Of a stretch of 64,000 nt of DNA, positions 20,407 to 31,692 are shown piece by piece; the first letter of the stretch is position 1; the number at the start of each line of letters is the position of its first letter. The translations under genes and the position numbers were made by a program. The stretch is taken from assembly GCA_964353135.1 (NCBI GenBank), contig CAYGTV010000001.1, forward strand, positions 87,138 through 151,137. The letters run 5' to 3'. The notes below the pieces were generated by a model. It searched no databases and was not told the origin of the DNA. It was given only the letters and a program-made list of their open reading frames with translations. This DNA comes from an uncultured Candidatus Saccharibacteria bacterium (GTDB lineage Bacteria > Patescibacteriota > Minisyncoccia > Phycocordibacterales > UBA918).

Positions 20407-22374
20407 ATGGCACGATCGGTTACTGTCGGAAATGGAAACGTACTGGTCGGTCTAGACAACCGTGGGCAGGTTCGTGATTTGTACTATCCGTTTGTCGGTG
20501 AAGCCAATCACGTTAGTGGAGCAAGTGGAAACTTCGTTCATCGGGTAGGGGTATTTGTTGACGGGACGATGTCATGGCTCGACGACCCAGCTTGGAAAGT
20601 AAACATCGGCGGTGAGGAGCACACGTGCGTGGGTTCGATGTTTGCCGAAAATACCTCCCTTAGAATTACTTTGTCCAGTCGTGATACGGTTCATAATGAA
20701 CACGACGTATTTCTGCGGCATTTTACTATCACCAACACCGGTGACAAAAAACGCGAGGTAAAACTATTTCTCGCTCAGCAATTTAGAATATATGAATCAA
20801 GGCGGGGTGATACTGGCTACTACGACCCACGAGTTGGTGCGATTGTGCACTACAAAGGTGAGACAACACTACTGGTAAATGCTTATGCCAACGGTAAACA
20901 GTTTTCAGAATACAACATTGGTTTATTTGGAATCGAAGGTAAACAGGGGACTTGGCTCGACGCTGAAGATGGTCGACTAGAGAACAACCCAATCGAGCAT
21001 GGGTCGGTTGATTCTGTCCTAGGGCTAACGTTTACCCTAGACGCCGGAGAGTCTAACCAGGCCCACTACTGGATTGTCTGCGCCAAATCTGTGTCTGAAG
21101 CCCACACCCTTGACGAGGTAGTACTCGAGGAAACTCCTGACGCACTGATTACTTCTACCGACGCGTACTGGACAGCGTGGCTCGAGAAAGAGTCACGTGA
21201 CATGACGGTCTTACCGGCATCACTACGTACTTTGTACCGACGCTCATTGATGATCATGCGCGTACACACCGACAACCGGGGTGGAACTATCGCTTCTTCA
21301 GACACTGACATGTTGCACCATGGGCGCGACACCTACAGCTACGTGTGGCCGCGTGACGGAGCGATGATTAGTCTGGCTTTTGATGCTGCCGGCTACCGGG
21401 ACGTTACCCGACGGTTTTTTGAATTTATGGCCAAGTGTCAGGAGCCAGGTGGGTATCTGATGCACAAGTACCGTAGTGACGGTGTACTCGGGAGTAGTTG
21501 GCATCCATGGATGATTAACGGTAAACCCCAGCTACCAATCCAAGAAGACGAGACATCATCTATTTTGTTTGCGCTTTGGAAGCACTACGAAAAATACAAA
21601 GACATTGAATTTATCGAAGAGTTGTACAATAGCTTTATTGAGCCAGCAGCAGAATTCATGTGTGACTACATCGAGCCAACCACCGGTTTACCACAAGCAT
21701 CGTTTGATTTGTGGGAAGAAAAATACGGCACCTCTACCTACACCAGTGCGAGCGTCTATGCTGGGCTGATGGCTGCAGCCAAATTTGCCCAGCTACTAGG
21801 GAAAGCTGGTCCAGCCCGCAGTTTTGAAGCGGTCGCGAGCCGGATTCAAACCGCAATTGGAGACGTATTGTTTGATAAAGAAACGGGCACGTTTGTAAAA
21901 CACGTCTTGCACACCGAAGATGAACTGGAATACGATCGCGTGATCGACACCAGTAGTCTGTATGCACTGCAACTGTTTGAAGTGTTTGACCTCGATGACG
22001 AGCGGGTGGTGAGCATGGTTAAAGCGGTTGAGGAAAAACTCCAGCTCCACGGCAACAGCAAAGGTTTTGTCCGCTACGAAGGCGACAACTACTACAAGCA
22101 ACATGACGCTGCGAGCCCTAACCCGTGGGTGATTTGTACTCTCTGGATTGCTCGCTACTACATTGAAACCGCCAAGACCAAAGACGACCTAAAATACCCG
22201 CTAGAAATCCTCGAATGGACTTCATCGCACGCCAGCAGCAGCGGAACCCTCTCAGAACAAATGCAACCTAACACCCGCGAACACCTTAGTGCTAGTCCAC
22301 TGGTCTGGAGTCACGCCGAGTTTGTGTTGGCGTCGTTAGCGTACGTAAAGAAAGCTGAAGAGTTGGAAAACTAA
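20407..22374 (+). CDS. GH15 glucoamylase-family glycoside hydrolase
   Basis: YSYVWPRD, QEDET, DLWEE and LSEQ..PL.WSHA. Confidence 0.92.
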   Translation: MARSVTVGNGNVLVGLDNRGQVRDLYYPFVGEANHVSGASGNFVHRVGVFVDGTMSWLDDPAWKVNIGGEEHTCVGSMFAENTSLRITLSSRDTVHNEHDVFLRHFTITNTGDKKREVKLFLAQQFRIYESRRGDTGYYDPRVGAIVHYKGETTLLVNAYANGKQFSEYNIGLFGIEGKQGTWLDAEDGRLENNPIEHGSVDSVLGLTFTLDAGESNQAHYWIVCAKSVSEAHTLDEVVLEETPDALITSTDAYWTAWLEKESRDMTVLPASLRTLYRRSLMIMRVHTDNRGGTIASSDTDMLHHGRDTYSYVWPRDGAMISLAFDAAGYRDVTRRFFEFMAKCQEPGGYLMHKYRSDGVLGSSWHPWMINGKPQLPIQEDETSSILFALWKHYEKYKDIEFIEELYNSFIEPAAEFMCDYIEPTTGLPQASFDLWEEKYGTSTYTSASVYAGLMAAAKFAQLLGKAGPARSFEAVASRIQTAIGDVLFDKETGTFVKHVLHTEDELEYDRVIDTSSLYALQLFEVFDLDDERVVSMVKAVEEKLQLHGNSKGFVRYEGDNYYKQHDAASPNPWVICTLWIARYYIETAKTKDDLKYPLEILEWTSSHASSSGTLSEQMQPNTREHLSASPLVWSHAEFVLASLAYVKKAEELEN

Positions 22375-22400
22375 TTTATATAAAATGACAAAGAGCCCCA

Positions 22401-22697
22401 CTAAGGAGGCTCTTCAATTTCTTCATATGCGATGTCAATGCACCAGCTAATTCCTTCATACTTGAACGAGCCAAATTCATTCAAGAATCGAACCATTTCA
22501 CGAAGAACAAGAGATCTCTGTTCCATGGAAAGTTTGGTGGACGACCGTACCCAGAACCTGAGGGTGTTACGGCCGTCCCAGTAGGACATCATTGGTTCAA
22601 CTCCGTGCGGCAGGTTTGGTCTAGCTGCTTTTACTGTTTCCAGCGCAGCTTTTACTACGACTGATTTTGCTTTTTCTGATTTAGGATAAGTGCTCAA
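22401..22697 (-). CDS. Hypothetical protein (orphan)
   Basis: 98-aa ORF with TTG start and GGAGAG SD. Confidence 0.55.
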   Translation of the reverse strand: MSTYPKSEKAKSVVVKAALETVKAARPNLPHGVEPMMSYWDGRNTLRFWVRSSTKLSMEQRSLVLREMVRFLNEFGSFKYEGISWCIDIAYEEIEEPP

Positions 22698-22752
22698 GGT
22701 TCTCTCCGTCCATTATGGTGATTTTAATATAAAAGCATATTATTCATAAAAA

Positions 22753-23604
22753 TCAAGAAATATCTTCAATTTTTGTACGATGAATTGACCAAGCGAGGCT
22801 AAGGGTGGGTGGAGTGAGTTTTTCACCGATTAGTTTGGCTAAGGTGCGCATGTAGGTGCCGCTTGAGGCGGTGCAGGTGAAATGGGCGATGTGGTATTCA
22901 GCTGGAAGTGTTTCGTCTGATTTAATTTGTTCCCAGTCAGCGCGGACGTCTACTCGGCGGAAGTCTGCGCCTAGCTGCTTATTTTTGTCTGTTACTTCTG
23001 GAATGGTGTCAATTTTAGCTCGAGCTTCAATACATACATCTTCTCGGGATTTTGTTTCGATATTGTTGAGGGTGAGGGAATAAATGGTCGATTTTCTCGT
23101 CGGGATCTCGATTTCATCTAGTCGACTTTCTAAGCTCCACTCAAACAATGGTTTCCCCTGGACAGTCTTGCTTGAAAAATGAGGATAGGGGAGTTCTACT
23201 TCTCCGGTTAGGTTTTGGCAAATTCGAGATAACTCCTCACCCAGAAGACTTGATTCATCCGCTCCTTCAGCGCCCCAGCCAACCCCACCCGGCGATAGTC
23301 GCTGCTTCTCTAAGTCTTCTAACTGGCGAGTTACGAGCCGTCCCAGTACATCATGTGTATCTGAACCTATCCCAAACAACACGGAAAATTCATAGGTTTT
23401 ATCTAGACCTAGGTATTCATCCTTCTTCTTACACTCATCACCAATCAGTACCAGCAATTTGCCTGATGCCATTGGATCGAGTCGGCCGGCGTAGGTGAGG
23501 GGAATATCAGCTGAAATACACTGAGTTGCACGCCAATTCTCCACACACTGCAGCGGCGTCTCTCCTACGGCCTTTTCAATAATTACGTATTTCGGGAGTT
23601 CCAT
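22753..23604 (-). CDS. truB: TruB-like tRNA pseudouridine synthase
   Basis: YAGRLDPMASG, SDTHDVLG, P.FSSK..QGKPL and SSGTYMRTL. Confidence 0.85.
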   Translation of the reverse strand: MELPKYVIIEKAVGETPLQCVENWRATQCISADIPLTYAGRLDPMASGKLLVLIGDECKKKDEYLGLDKTYEFSVLFGIGSDTHDVLGRLVTRQLEDLEKQRLSPGGVGWGAEGADESSLLGEELSRICQNLTGEVELPYPHFSSKTVQGKPLFEWSLESRLDEIEIPTRKSTIYSLTLNNIETKSREDVCIEARAKIDTIPEVTDKNKQLGADFRRVDVRADWEQIKSDETLPAEYHIAHFTCTASSGTYMRTLAKLIGEKLTPPTLSLAWSIHRTKIEDIS

Positions 23605-23631
23605 TACCTGGAGCGTATCACAAAAGGTGAA

Positions 23632-23715
23632 TTAACCCAGCGGGTTACCACCCAGAAACGAGTTCAGCATCATCAGCAATACAAACCCTCCAATCACCAG
23701 CAAAATAAATTTCAT
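23632..23715 (-). CDS. Putative 27-aa single-TM small protein
   Basis: MKFILLVIGGFVLLMMLNSFLGGNPLG; TATAAT 6 nt before the ATG. Confidence 0.5.
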   Translation of the reverse strand: MKFILLVIGGFVLLMMLNSFLGGNPLG

Positions 23716-23765
23716 GTAGATATTATACATACCCAACCACCTAAAACTTATGCAGTATCGTCAAC

Positions 23766-23793
23766 TTGACTCTATATCTTATGGGTGTAGTAT
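23766..23793 (+). promoter_or_regulatory. Sigma70-type promoter of the ATPase operon
   Basis: TTGACT-16 nt-TAGTAT. Confidence 0.55.
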
Positions 23794-23866
23794 GCAGTCG
23801 CAAAGGCTCTCGTTATATTGAGTAACTCCAGAGATTTGCATTGTAAAGCAAATTTGAATCTATTTT

Positions 23867-24184
23867 ATGACTGTACTCGACCAAGTGCTCGAAGCGGAAA
23901 CTCGCAGTGAAGTTGCTGTCAAAGCAGCCAAAGAGACTGCTGCCCGAACCATCGCGGAAGCTGAAACTGCTAAGCAGTCGGCTATTGCTGAAGCCAAAAT
24001 CGCGGCTTTACAAACTGTAGCTGAAGCGAAATCAGCTGCTCAAGCCAAAGCTGATAAAGAAGCAGCGGATATCATTACTGCAGCTGATAAAGAAGCAGCA
24101 ACAGTTAAAGAAACAATTACAGCCAAAGCGAACACACTCACCACAAGCGTTGTAGATGCTTTCAATAATGCTCAGGCTAGCTAG
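23867..24184 (+). CDS. V/A-type ATPase subunit H/G (peripheral stalk)
   Basis: Ala/Glu/Lys coiled coil, first gene of the operon. Confidence 0.75.
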   Translation: MTVLDQVLEAETRSEVAVKAAKETAARTIAEAETAKQSAIAEAKIAALQTVAEAKSAAQAKADKEAADIITAADKEAATVKETITAKANTLTTSVVDAFNNAQAS

Positions 24185-24190
24185 ACGTAT

Positions 24191-26143
24191 ATGGCTGTCG
24201 TCAACATGCAAAAAGTTCGAGCGATCGTTCATCAACCAGAAGTTGATGGTTTTTTAAGTGTATTGCAACGACACGGCGCAATGGAATTTACGCCGATTTC
24301 TGACAGTGCGTCATTACGAGCGCTGCCTACCAGCGCACCGCATGACGCGTTGTTGCCGCGAGTGCAGCACGCTGTTGCTTTCATAAAATCGTATGAAATA
24401 AAACGAGGTCTGTGGCAAACATTGCGTGAAGGATCGGTTGCTGAATATACCGAAGCGCAGATTGCAAAACAGCTGCAGGAAACAGAAGTGGTGGCCGATA
24501 TTACTCGCGATATTGAGGAAATTCAGGTTGAGTTAGCAGAAAAAAACGCTTTAGTAAGTAGTCTGGAGCGACAGCGTACACTACTAAAAACCTGGCTACC
24601 AGTAGAAAACCGGTTGGGTGATATTGACACAAATACAACTACATCACTACTAGTAACAACCGAACGTCCAACCAAAGTCTCGGTCTACAAACTATTGACC
24701 GACGGATTGTCTGTACATTCATTTACAGTTGCAACCGAGACCTATGGTGGTGTGGTCTTGCTTACAGTTTTACGTGAAGAGTTAGCTGCGGTAGAGGCTG
24801 CAGTAACTGAATCAGGTCTGGTCGTAGTAGATCGACCAGAAGGGGTTGAAACAGCAACGACAGAATTAACCAAAGTAGAAGAAAAACTAGCTGCTGCAAT
24901 TAGTGCCCAGGCTGTAGTGCATGATCAAGCCTCTCATACGGCACACACACATTTACCTCAATTACGGATTGCTGCTGAGATATTGCAGTGGGAAGCTGAT
25001 CGCTTCGCTACGTTTGCTACAGCCGGAGCGACCGCGTCGACAGTGGTGTTTGATGGTTGGTTGCGATCAGATATGGTAGATACGGTTGAGTCTGAATTAC
25101 ACTCAGCCGGAGTAGTGGCGCTCATTAGCCAGGTTGAACCAGCAGCAGACGAAGTTCCTCCTGTAGAAATCAAAAACGGAGCCTTCATTCAACCATTTGA
25201 AGCGGTGACTCGACTCTACGGGATGCCTGGTCACACCGACCTTGATCCAACACTCTTCCTAGCTGGATTCTTCTTCCTATTCTTTGGATTGTCTCTGACT
25301 GATGTTGGATATGGTGCGACTTTGGTAGTGATCAGTGGAGGACTTCTCATGTTTGCAAAATTGCGTGATGGGGTGCGATCAATGATGAAACTACTGTTCT
25401 ACATTGGAATTGCGACTATGTTAGTTGGTATGCTCTTTGGTGGATATTTTGGAATTGCACCAGAACTTCTCCCAGCACCCCTGCAAGCCTTGCAACAGTT
25501 TGATCCAATTGGTAACCCATTACCAGTGTTCTATCTTGCGCTTGGTTTAGGTGTCTTCCAAGTGATGATTGGTATGTTGCTCAAAATCTACAGTGATTCG
25601 CGTAACGGTAAACTGATTGATGGTATTTGGGAGCAAGGTCCATGGTTGCTGTTGTTTATGGTTGGGATTGTATACGTAGCTGGTATGTTTGACCTGGTTA
25701 CTGTACCAACAGAAACCTTGGTACGGGTTGCCTATGTTGGGCTAGGGCTACTCATCATTGGAGCGGTTCGAGCCAGCGATGGTGTGCTGTCAGCCTTGAT
25801 GAATATTGGCGGTAGTTTGTACGGCAGTGTTGGGTATTTGTCTGACATCTTGTCATACTCTCGACTACTGGCACTTGGTTTAGCTACTACTGCGCTAGCG
25901 TTTGCAGTCAACTTGATTGCAGGGATTGTGTATGACACTAATCCGATCCTTGGTCCGGTGTTTGCGGTGATTATTCTGTTGATTGGTCACACGTTTACAC
26001 TTGCGGTAAACACACTCGGGGCCTTCATCCATAGTGCACGATTGCAGTTTGTGGAATTCTTTGGCAAGTTTGTGGTCGGCACCGGAAAGAGTTTTGCGCC
26101 CCTGGCGCGCACTGATCAGCATGTAACGGTCCAAAAAGAATGA
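24191..26143 (+). CDS. V/A-type ATPase subunit I (a)
   Basis: YGMPG..DLDPT, DILSYSRLLAL and HSARLQFVEFF. Confidence 0.95.
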   Translation: MAVVNMQKVRAIVHQPEVDGFLSVLQRHGAMEFTPISDSASLRALPTSAPHDALLPRVQHAVAFIKSYEIKRGLWQTLREGSVAEYTEAQIAKQLQETEVVADITRDIEEIQVELAEKNALVSSLERQRTLLKTWLPVENRLGDIDTNTTTSLLVTTERPTKVSVYKLLTDGLSVHSFTVATETYGGVVLLTVLREELAAVEAAVTESGLVVVDRPEGVETATTELTKVEEKLAAAISAQAVVHDQASHTAHTHLPQLRIAAEILQWEADRFATFATAGATASTVVFDGWLRSDMVDTVESELHSAGVVALISQVEPAADEVPPVEIKNGAFIQPFEAVTRLYGMPGHTDLDPTLFLAGFFFLFFGLSLTDVGYGATLVVISGGLLMFAKLRDGVRSMMKLLFYIGIATMLVGMLFGGYFGIAPELLPAPLQALQQFDPIGNPLPVFYLALGLGVFQVMIGMLLKIYSDSRNGKLIDGIWEQGPWLLLFMVGIVYVAGMFDLVTVPTETLVRVAYVGLGLLIIGAVRASDGVLSALMNIGGSLYGSVGYLSDILSYSRLLALGLATTALAFAVNLIAGIVYDTNPILGPVFAVIILLIGHTFTLAVNTLGAFIHSARLQFVEFFGKFVVGTGKSFAPLARTDQHVTVQKE

Positions 26144-26164
26144 CCGTGCATAGAGTTGTCGTAA

Positions 26165-26686
<522 letters not shown>

Positions 26687-26689
26687 TAT

Positions 26690-27055
26690 ATGGAAACCAA
26701 AGCATTACTAGAAAAAATAATTGCTAGTCAGGTAGAAGCTGTATCTGCAATCGAAGCTGAAGTACAAGCTGCTGTATCTGCAATCGAAGCTGAAGTACAA
26801 GCTGCTGTAGCTGTTATTGAAACAGACGCACAAGCAGTAGCTGAAAAAGCAGCAGCTCAAATCAGTCGGGCTACCTTGGCGCAAGCTAGGCAGTCTGGTT
26901 CCCTGGCCGTACAAACTGCTAGACGGGCAGCGTTTGATGACATCATGGCAGCAGCCAAGCAAACAGTTGCTGGTGATGATGCAGTTGCTGCACGAGCGTT
27001 TGACGACAAGCGTGCGCAGCTTGAGCTGCATCTAGCTGGACAACTTCCTGCATAA
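26690..27055 (+). CDS. V/A-type ATPase subunit E (short)
   Basis: Position between K and C; helical Ala/Glu-rich; only 121 aa. Confidence 0.65.
   Translation: METKALLEKIIASQVEAVSAIEAEVQAAVSAIEAEVQAAVAVIETDAQAVAEKAAAQISRATLAQARQSGSLAVQTARRAAFDDIMAAAKQTVAGDDAVAARAFDDKRAQLELHLAGQLPA
26738..26809 (+). repeat. 33-bp in-frame tandem duplication
   Basis: GCTGTATCTGCAATCGAAGCTGAAGTACAAGCT x2 plus partial third copy (AVSAIEAEVQA). Confidence 0.9.
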
Positions 27056-27060
27056 TAATT

Positions 27061-28044
27061 ATGAACACGTCGTATATCTACAGCGCCTCAAGAGTCACCA
27101 CTCTTAGTCAAGAACTACTCTCAAAAACCGACATTGATCGGTTGTTGGTAGCGACTCCTGGTCAGCGACTGACTGGCGCCCTCAAAGAAACATATCTGGC
27201 GCCATATTTGCTCCAGGTTCCAAATGAGGATATGGCAGCAGCGATTGAATTAACACTAATCGAGGCTCAATCGTTGATTTCAAGTATCGCGCCTGATAGT
27301 GCTCAGTTTGCGGTGCTGTGGGTGCAATACGACATTCATAATTTGCGAGTGTTGGCCAAAGCTACCGCAACTGAGATGACTACAGAGCAGCTAGCTGATT
27401 ATTTCTCACACCGTGGCTCGTATGAACCGGCAATACTAGCTCAGTATGCGAGAGAGGAGTCACTCAGTAATTTGCAGCCTGGTTGGCAGGAATCATATAA
27501 CAAAGCGGTTGAACTGGTTGCAGCCGGTCAACTTGATGCTGTTGATGCGGTGTTTGATGCTTTGGTGTTGTCTGCGATGGTGCAGATTGCCACCGCTGCC
27601 AAAGACCCATTTATTACCAAGTATGCTCAGGCCGTGATAGATATGCACAATATCAAATCAAACCTGCGTTCACTAAAATTGGGAGGCAAAATTGGTCGAC
27701 CGGCACATGCCGCGGGTGGAACTATTTCTGCTGACAGACTGAGTGATGTGGGTCAGATTGCTGGTGTTTTAGAGTGCTTAGCACCAGGACATTTCACTAG
27801 TGCACTCGAGCAGTACCAGCTAGACGGTCATACTACAGTGCTAGATGCTCGTTTTGATGAGTATCTGATCAAGCTCGCTCACGAAGCTCGAATTGATATG
27901 TTTAGTGCAGCGTCAATCGTTGCGTACTACTTGCACGTGCGACAGTCTGCTACCAACGTCCGTACAATTGTAGTTGGTCTAGAGAGTGGGCAGGAGGCTG
28001 ATGTTATTCGACCAAATATTCGTATGTCTTATGTCACTAACTAA
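27061..28044 (+). CDS. V/A-type ATPase subunit C (d)
   Basis: Y.Y..SRV......LL, YDIHNLR and IDMHNIK motifs; operon position. Confidence 0.85.
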   Translation: MNTSYIYSASRVTTLSQELLSKTDIDRLLVATPGQRLTGALKETYLAPYLLQVPNEDMAAAIELTLIEAQSLISSIAPDSAQFAVLWVQYDIHNLRVLAKATATEMTTEQLADYFSHRGSYEPAILAQYAREESLSNLQPGWQESYNKAVELVAAGQLDAVDAVFDALVLSAMVQIATAAKDPFITKYAQAVIDMHNIKSNLRSLKLGGKIGRPAHAAGGTISADRLSDVGQIAGVLECLAPGHFTSALEQYQLDGHTTVLDARFDEYLIKLAHEARIDMFSAASIVAYYLHVRQSATNVRTIVVGLESGQEADVIRPNIRMSYVTN

Positions 28045-28393
28045 CAAAAAAACGAGTGCATACAAAATTGCAATTATCGGCCCAGCAGACATGGTGTCAG
28101 GATTGCAAGCATTAGGTGTGGAGGCACATAACGCTACTAATCCAGCTGAAGCGCTTGAGCAGCTGCGAGCAATCAAGAAAATCAACAGCGATCTAGAAGA
28201 CAATCGAACCTACGCTGTGGTCTGTGTGATTGACGATGTGTTGAAAGACATCGACCAGACAGAATACGCCAAAGCAATTGAAGGGGCGCTGCCGGCAGTT
28301 GTGGTATTGCCTGGACCAGCTGGTTCAAGCGGAGTTGCAATTGAGCGACTGCGACTCTTGGCACAAAAAGCCGTTGGGTCATCCCTCATATAG
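28031..28393 (+). CDS. V/A-type ATPase subunit F
   Basis: KIAIIG....V.G..ALGV...P.VV.LP...L..KAVG. Confidence 0.88.
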   Translation: MSLTNKKTSAYKIAIIGPADMVSGLQALGVEAHNATNPAEALEQLRAIKKINSDLEDNRTYAVVCVIDDVLKDIDQTEYAKAIEGALPAVVVLPGPAGSSGVAIERLRLLAQKAVGSSLI

Positions 28394-28503
28394 AAGCCGA
28401 GTTCAGAAACTTTGGCAGCAGCACAAAAAACTATTTTAGGTTGCTGCCAGAGTTTCTGGGAAGAAAATTATTACCAAGGAAGATTACAAAAGAAACTATT
28501 ATT

Positions 28504-30282
28504 ATGACTGAAGATCAAAAAGCGGGAGAAATCATCCGCGTCACTGGACCGCTTGTTCGGGCAACTGGAATGAGTACAGCTAAACTGTACGAGGTTGTAC
28601 GCGTGGGTGAGGAAAAGCTCATGGGTGAAATCATTGAGCTACACGGCGAAACAGCCGCTATCCAGGTATATGAAGAAACTGCAGGAATCGCTCCAGGTGA
28701 CCCGATTTATCTAACTGGACGAACTATGTCAGTGGCTCTAGCTCCAGGGTTACTTACTTCTATTTATGATGGGGTGCAGCGACCACTAGCAACTATCGAA
28801 GAAGCAGCTCAAAGTCCGTACATTAAACGAGGGATTGAAGCTGATCCTATCGACATGTCAAAGACGTGGGATTTTAAACCAACTGTACAGGTTGGTGATA
28901 CGGTCGGCGAAGGTGATGTATTGGGAACTGTTCAAGAAACGACTGTGATCGAGCACAAAGTGATGGTGCCTCCGGGAATGTCAGGGACTGTTGAGTCTAT
29001 CGAATCAGGTTCAAAAAATGTCACTGAAACCATCGCTGTAATCAAAACAGACGAAGGTTCAGTCTCTGTTGCCATGCTGCAGTACTGGCCAATTCGTGTT
29101 GCTCGTCCAAAAGCTAAAAAAATCTTCCCAAGTACACCACTTCGAACTGGTGGTCGTTCAATCGACACATTCTTCCCAATTGCTAAAGGTGGAGCTGGGT
29201 GTATTCCTGGACCATTTGGGGCTGGTAAAACAGTGACCCAGCAAAGTATCTCTAAATACTGTGATGCACAAATCATCGTATACATCGGTTGTGGTGAACG
29301 AGGAAACGAAATGACAGAAGTGTTGACTGAATTCCCACACCTAGTTGACCCAAACACTGGGGAGCCATTGATGAAGCGAACCATCCTCATCGCTAACACC
29401 TCAAACATGCCAGTAGCTGCGCGTGAGGCTTCTGTATATACAGGAATCACTATCGCAGAATACTACCGAGACATGGGATACCATGTTGCGCTAATGGCTG
29501 ACTCGACTTCACGTTGGGCAGAAGCGATGCGTGAAATTTCAGGACGTCTAGAGGAAATGCCAGGTGAAGAAGGCTACCCAGCGTACCTATCATCACGAAC
29601 AGCAGAATTCTACGAACGAGCTGGAATGGTCAAAGCGCTTGGCTCAGAAGGACGAGAAGGTTCACTAACTGTAATCGGTGCGGTATCGCCTCCGGGGGGA
29701 GACCTCTCTGAACCAGTGTCACAGTCAACCCTACGTGTGACCAAGACTTTCTGGTCACTTGATGCTGGGCTAGCGTACAAAAAGCACTTCCCAAGTATTA
29801 ACTGGCTTACGTCATACTCACTCTACGCCCCAAACTTTGAAAAGTTCTGGGCCGAAGAAGTAGCACCTGACTACAGTGAATACCGAACCAAGGCTATCGA
29901 ACTACTTGGGCGAGAAGCGTCGCTGTTGGAAATCGTACGATTGGTAGGTATGGAATCACTTTCTAACGAAGAACGACTGGTGATAGAAGTAGCACGTATG
30001 CTACGAGAAGACTTCCTGTTCCAGGACGCCTTCTCACCAGACGATGCCTACACACCACTTGATCGACAGTATGGAATGTTGAAATCAATGATGACATTTT
30101 TTGAAGCCGGATTGCCAGTGGTAACCACTGAAGACTTTGATTTTTCTACATTTTCAAAGATCGATTCATACGCCCAAGTTGCAACTTTGAAAGATCAGTT
30201 GAAATGGACCAAAGAAGACTTTGCGACTTTCCAGGACAAGATTCGAAGTGAGATTACTAGCCTAGTAGCTAACGCTGCCTAA
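28504..30282 (+). CDS. V/A-type ATPase catalytic subunit A
   Basis: [30 protein letters not shown] and DSTSRWAEA. Confidence 0.97.
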   Translation: MTEDQKAGEIIRVTGPLVRATGMSTAKLYEVVRVGEEKLMGEIIELHGETAAIQVYEETAGIAPGDPIYLTGRTMSVALAPGLLTSIYDGVQRPLATIEEAAQSPYIKRGIEADPIDMSKTWDFKPTVQVGDTVGEGDVLGTVQETTVIEHKVMVPPGMSGTVESIESGSKNVTETIAVIKTDEGSVSVAMLQYWPIRVARPKAKKIFPSTPLRTGGRSIDTFFPIAKGGAGCIPGPFGAGKTVTQQSISKYCDAQIIVYIGCGERGNEMTEVLTEFPHLVDPNTGEPLMKRTILIANTSNMPVAAREASVYTGITIAEYYRDMGYHVALMADSTSRWAEAMREISGRLEEMPGEEGYPAYLSSRTAEFYERAGMVKALGSEGREGSLTVIGAVSPPGGDLSEPVSQSTLRVTKTFWSLDAGLAYKKHFPSINWLTSYSLYAPNFEKFWAEEVAPDYSEYRTKAIELLGREASLLEIVRLVGMESLSNEERLVIEVARMLREDFLFQDAFSPDDAYTPLDRQYGMLKSMMTFFEAGLPVVTTEDFDFSTFSKIDSYAQVATLKDQLKWTKEDFATFQDKIRSEITSLVANAA

Positions 30283-30292
30283 CTCCAAAAAT

Positions 30293-31690
30293 ATGAGTAA
30301 AGAATACAAAACAGTTTCTGATATTGCCGGACCACTAATGATTGTGGAGGGTGTTGAAGGAGCAGCCTATGAAGAACTGGTAGAAGTGATGGTTCCAGGT
30401 GAAAAAGCACCTCGATTTGGAAAAGTACTCGACACGAGTAAAGGACGAGCGGTAGTGCAGATGTTTGCACCAACAGCAGGCATGACCACTGAAAACACGT
30501 CAGTGCGTTTCAAAGGTGAAACACTTAAACTGGGTGTGAGTTCAGACATGCTCGGTCGGGTGTTTACCGGAACTGGTGAAGTGGCGGACGGTGGACCAGC
30601 GATTATTCCCGAAGAACGTCGAGACATCGCCGGAGACCCAATGAATCCGTACTCACGTGAATTCCCGGATGACTTTATCCAAACGGGGATCGGTTCAATT
30701 GACGTAATGAACACGCTAGTGCGTGGGCAGAAACTACCGATTTTCTCTGGAGCTGGGTTACCACATGCTCGCCTTGCGGCTCAGATCGCTCGTCAGGCAA
30801 CCGTGAAAGACGGGGCAGAGTTTGCGATTGTGTTTGGAACCCTCGGAGTTTCATTTGAAGAAGCGGAATACTTCCGTCGAGAATTTGAAGAAGCTGGAGC
30901 GCTAGAACGATCAGTGCTATTCATCAACACCGCAGCCGACCCAGTGGTTGAACGTATCTCAACACCGCGTATGGCACTCACAACAGCGGAATACCTCGCG
31001 TTTGAAAAAGGGATGCACGTACTCGTCATCCTGACTGATATGACCAACTACTGTGAAGCCCTGCGAGAAGTCTCAGCTGCTCGAAAAGAAGTTCCAGGAC
31101 GTCGTGGATACCCAGGGTATCTATACACCGACCTTTCTACTCTCTATGAACGAGCTGGAGCAGTGAAAGGGAAAGAGGGGACTATTACCCAAATCCCAAT
31201 TCTCTCAATGCCGGACGACGATAAAACGCACCCGGTACCAGACCTTACTGGTTACATCACAGAAGGGCAGTTCGTGATCTCACGAGAGTTGTTCGGTAAA
31301 GGAGTGTTCCCGCCAGTGGATGTACAAGGTTCACTGTCACGACTCTGGTCAGCCGGAGTAGGGGAAGGAAAGACCAGGGCAGATCACAAAAACCTCAAAG
31401 ACCAACTCTTTGCGTCATACGCCACTGGTCGAGAAGTAAAAGAGCTTGCAGTGGTACTCGGTGAAGCATCACTCGATGCAACTGACCTTGCGCACCTTAA
31501 ATTCGCTGATGCGTTTGAACGAGAATTCGTTGGGCAAGGTGAATACGAAAACCGATCTGTGGAAGAGTCACTCGACAAAGGTTGGGAGTTGCTAAAAATG
31601 CTGCCACGAACGTCACTCAAACGAGTAAAACCAGCTGAGATTGACCAGTACATCGGTAAAGAGGAGGTTAATGAAGAAGCTGCTGCATAG
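30293..31690 (+). CDS. V/A-type ATPase subunit B
   Basis: [24 protein letters not shown] and [15 protein letters not shown]. Confidence 0.97.
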   Translation: MSKEYKTVSDIAGPLMIVEGVEGAAYEELVEVMVPGEKAPRFGKVLDTSKGRAVVQMFAPTAGMTTENTSVRFKGETLKLGVSSDMLGRVFTGTGEVADGGPAIIPEERRDIAGDPMNPYSREFPDDFIQTGIGSIDVMNTLVRGQKLPIFSGAGLPHARLAAQIARQATVKDGAEFAIVFGTLGVSFEEAEYFRREFEEAGALERSVLFINTAADPVVERISTPRMALTTAEYLAFEKGMHVLVILTDMTNYCEALREVSAARKEVPGRRGYPGYLYTDLSTLYERAGAVKGKEGTITQIPILSMPDDDKTHPVPDLTGYITEGQFVISRELFGKGVFPPVDVQGSLSRLWSAGVGEGKTRADHKNLKDQLFASYATGREVKELAVVLGEASLDATDLAHLKFADAFEREFVGQGEYENRSVEESLDKGWELLKMLPRTSLKRVKPAEIDQYIGKEEVNEEAAA

Positions 31691-31692
31691 TC

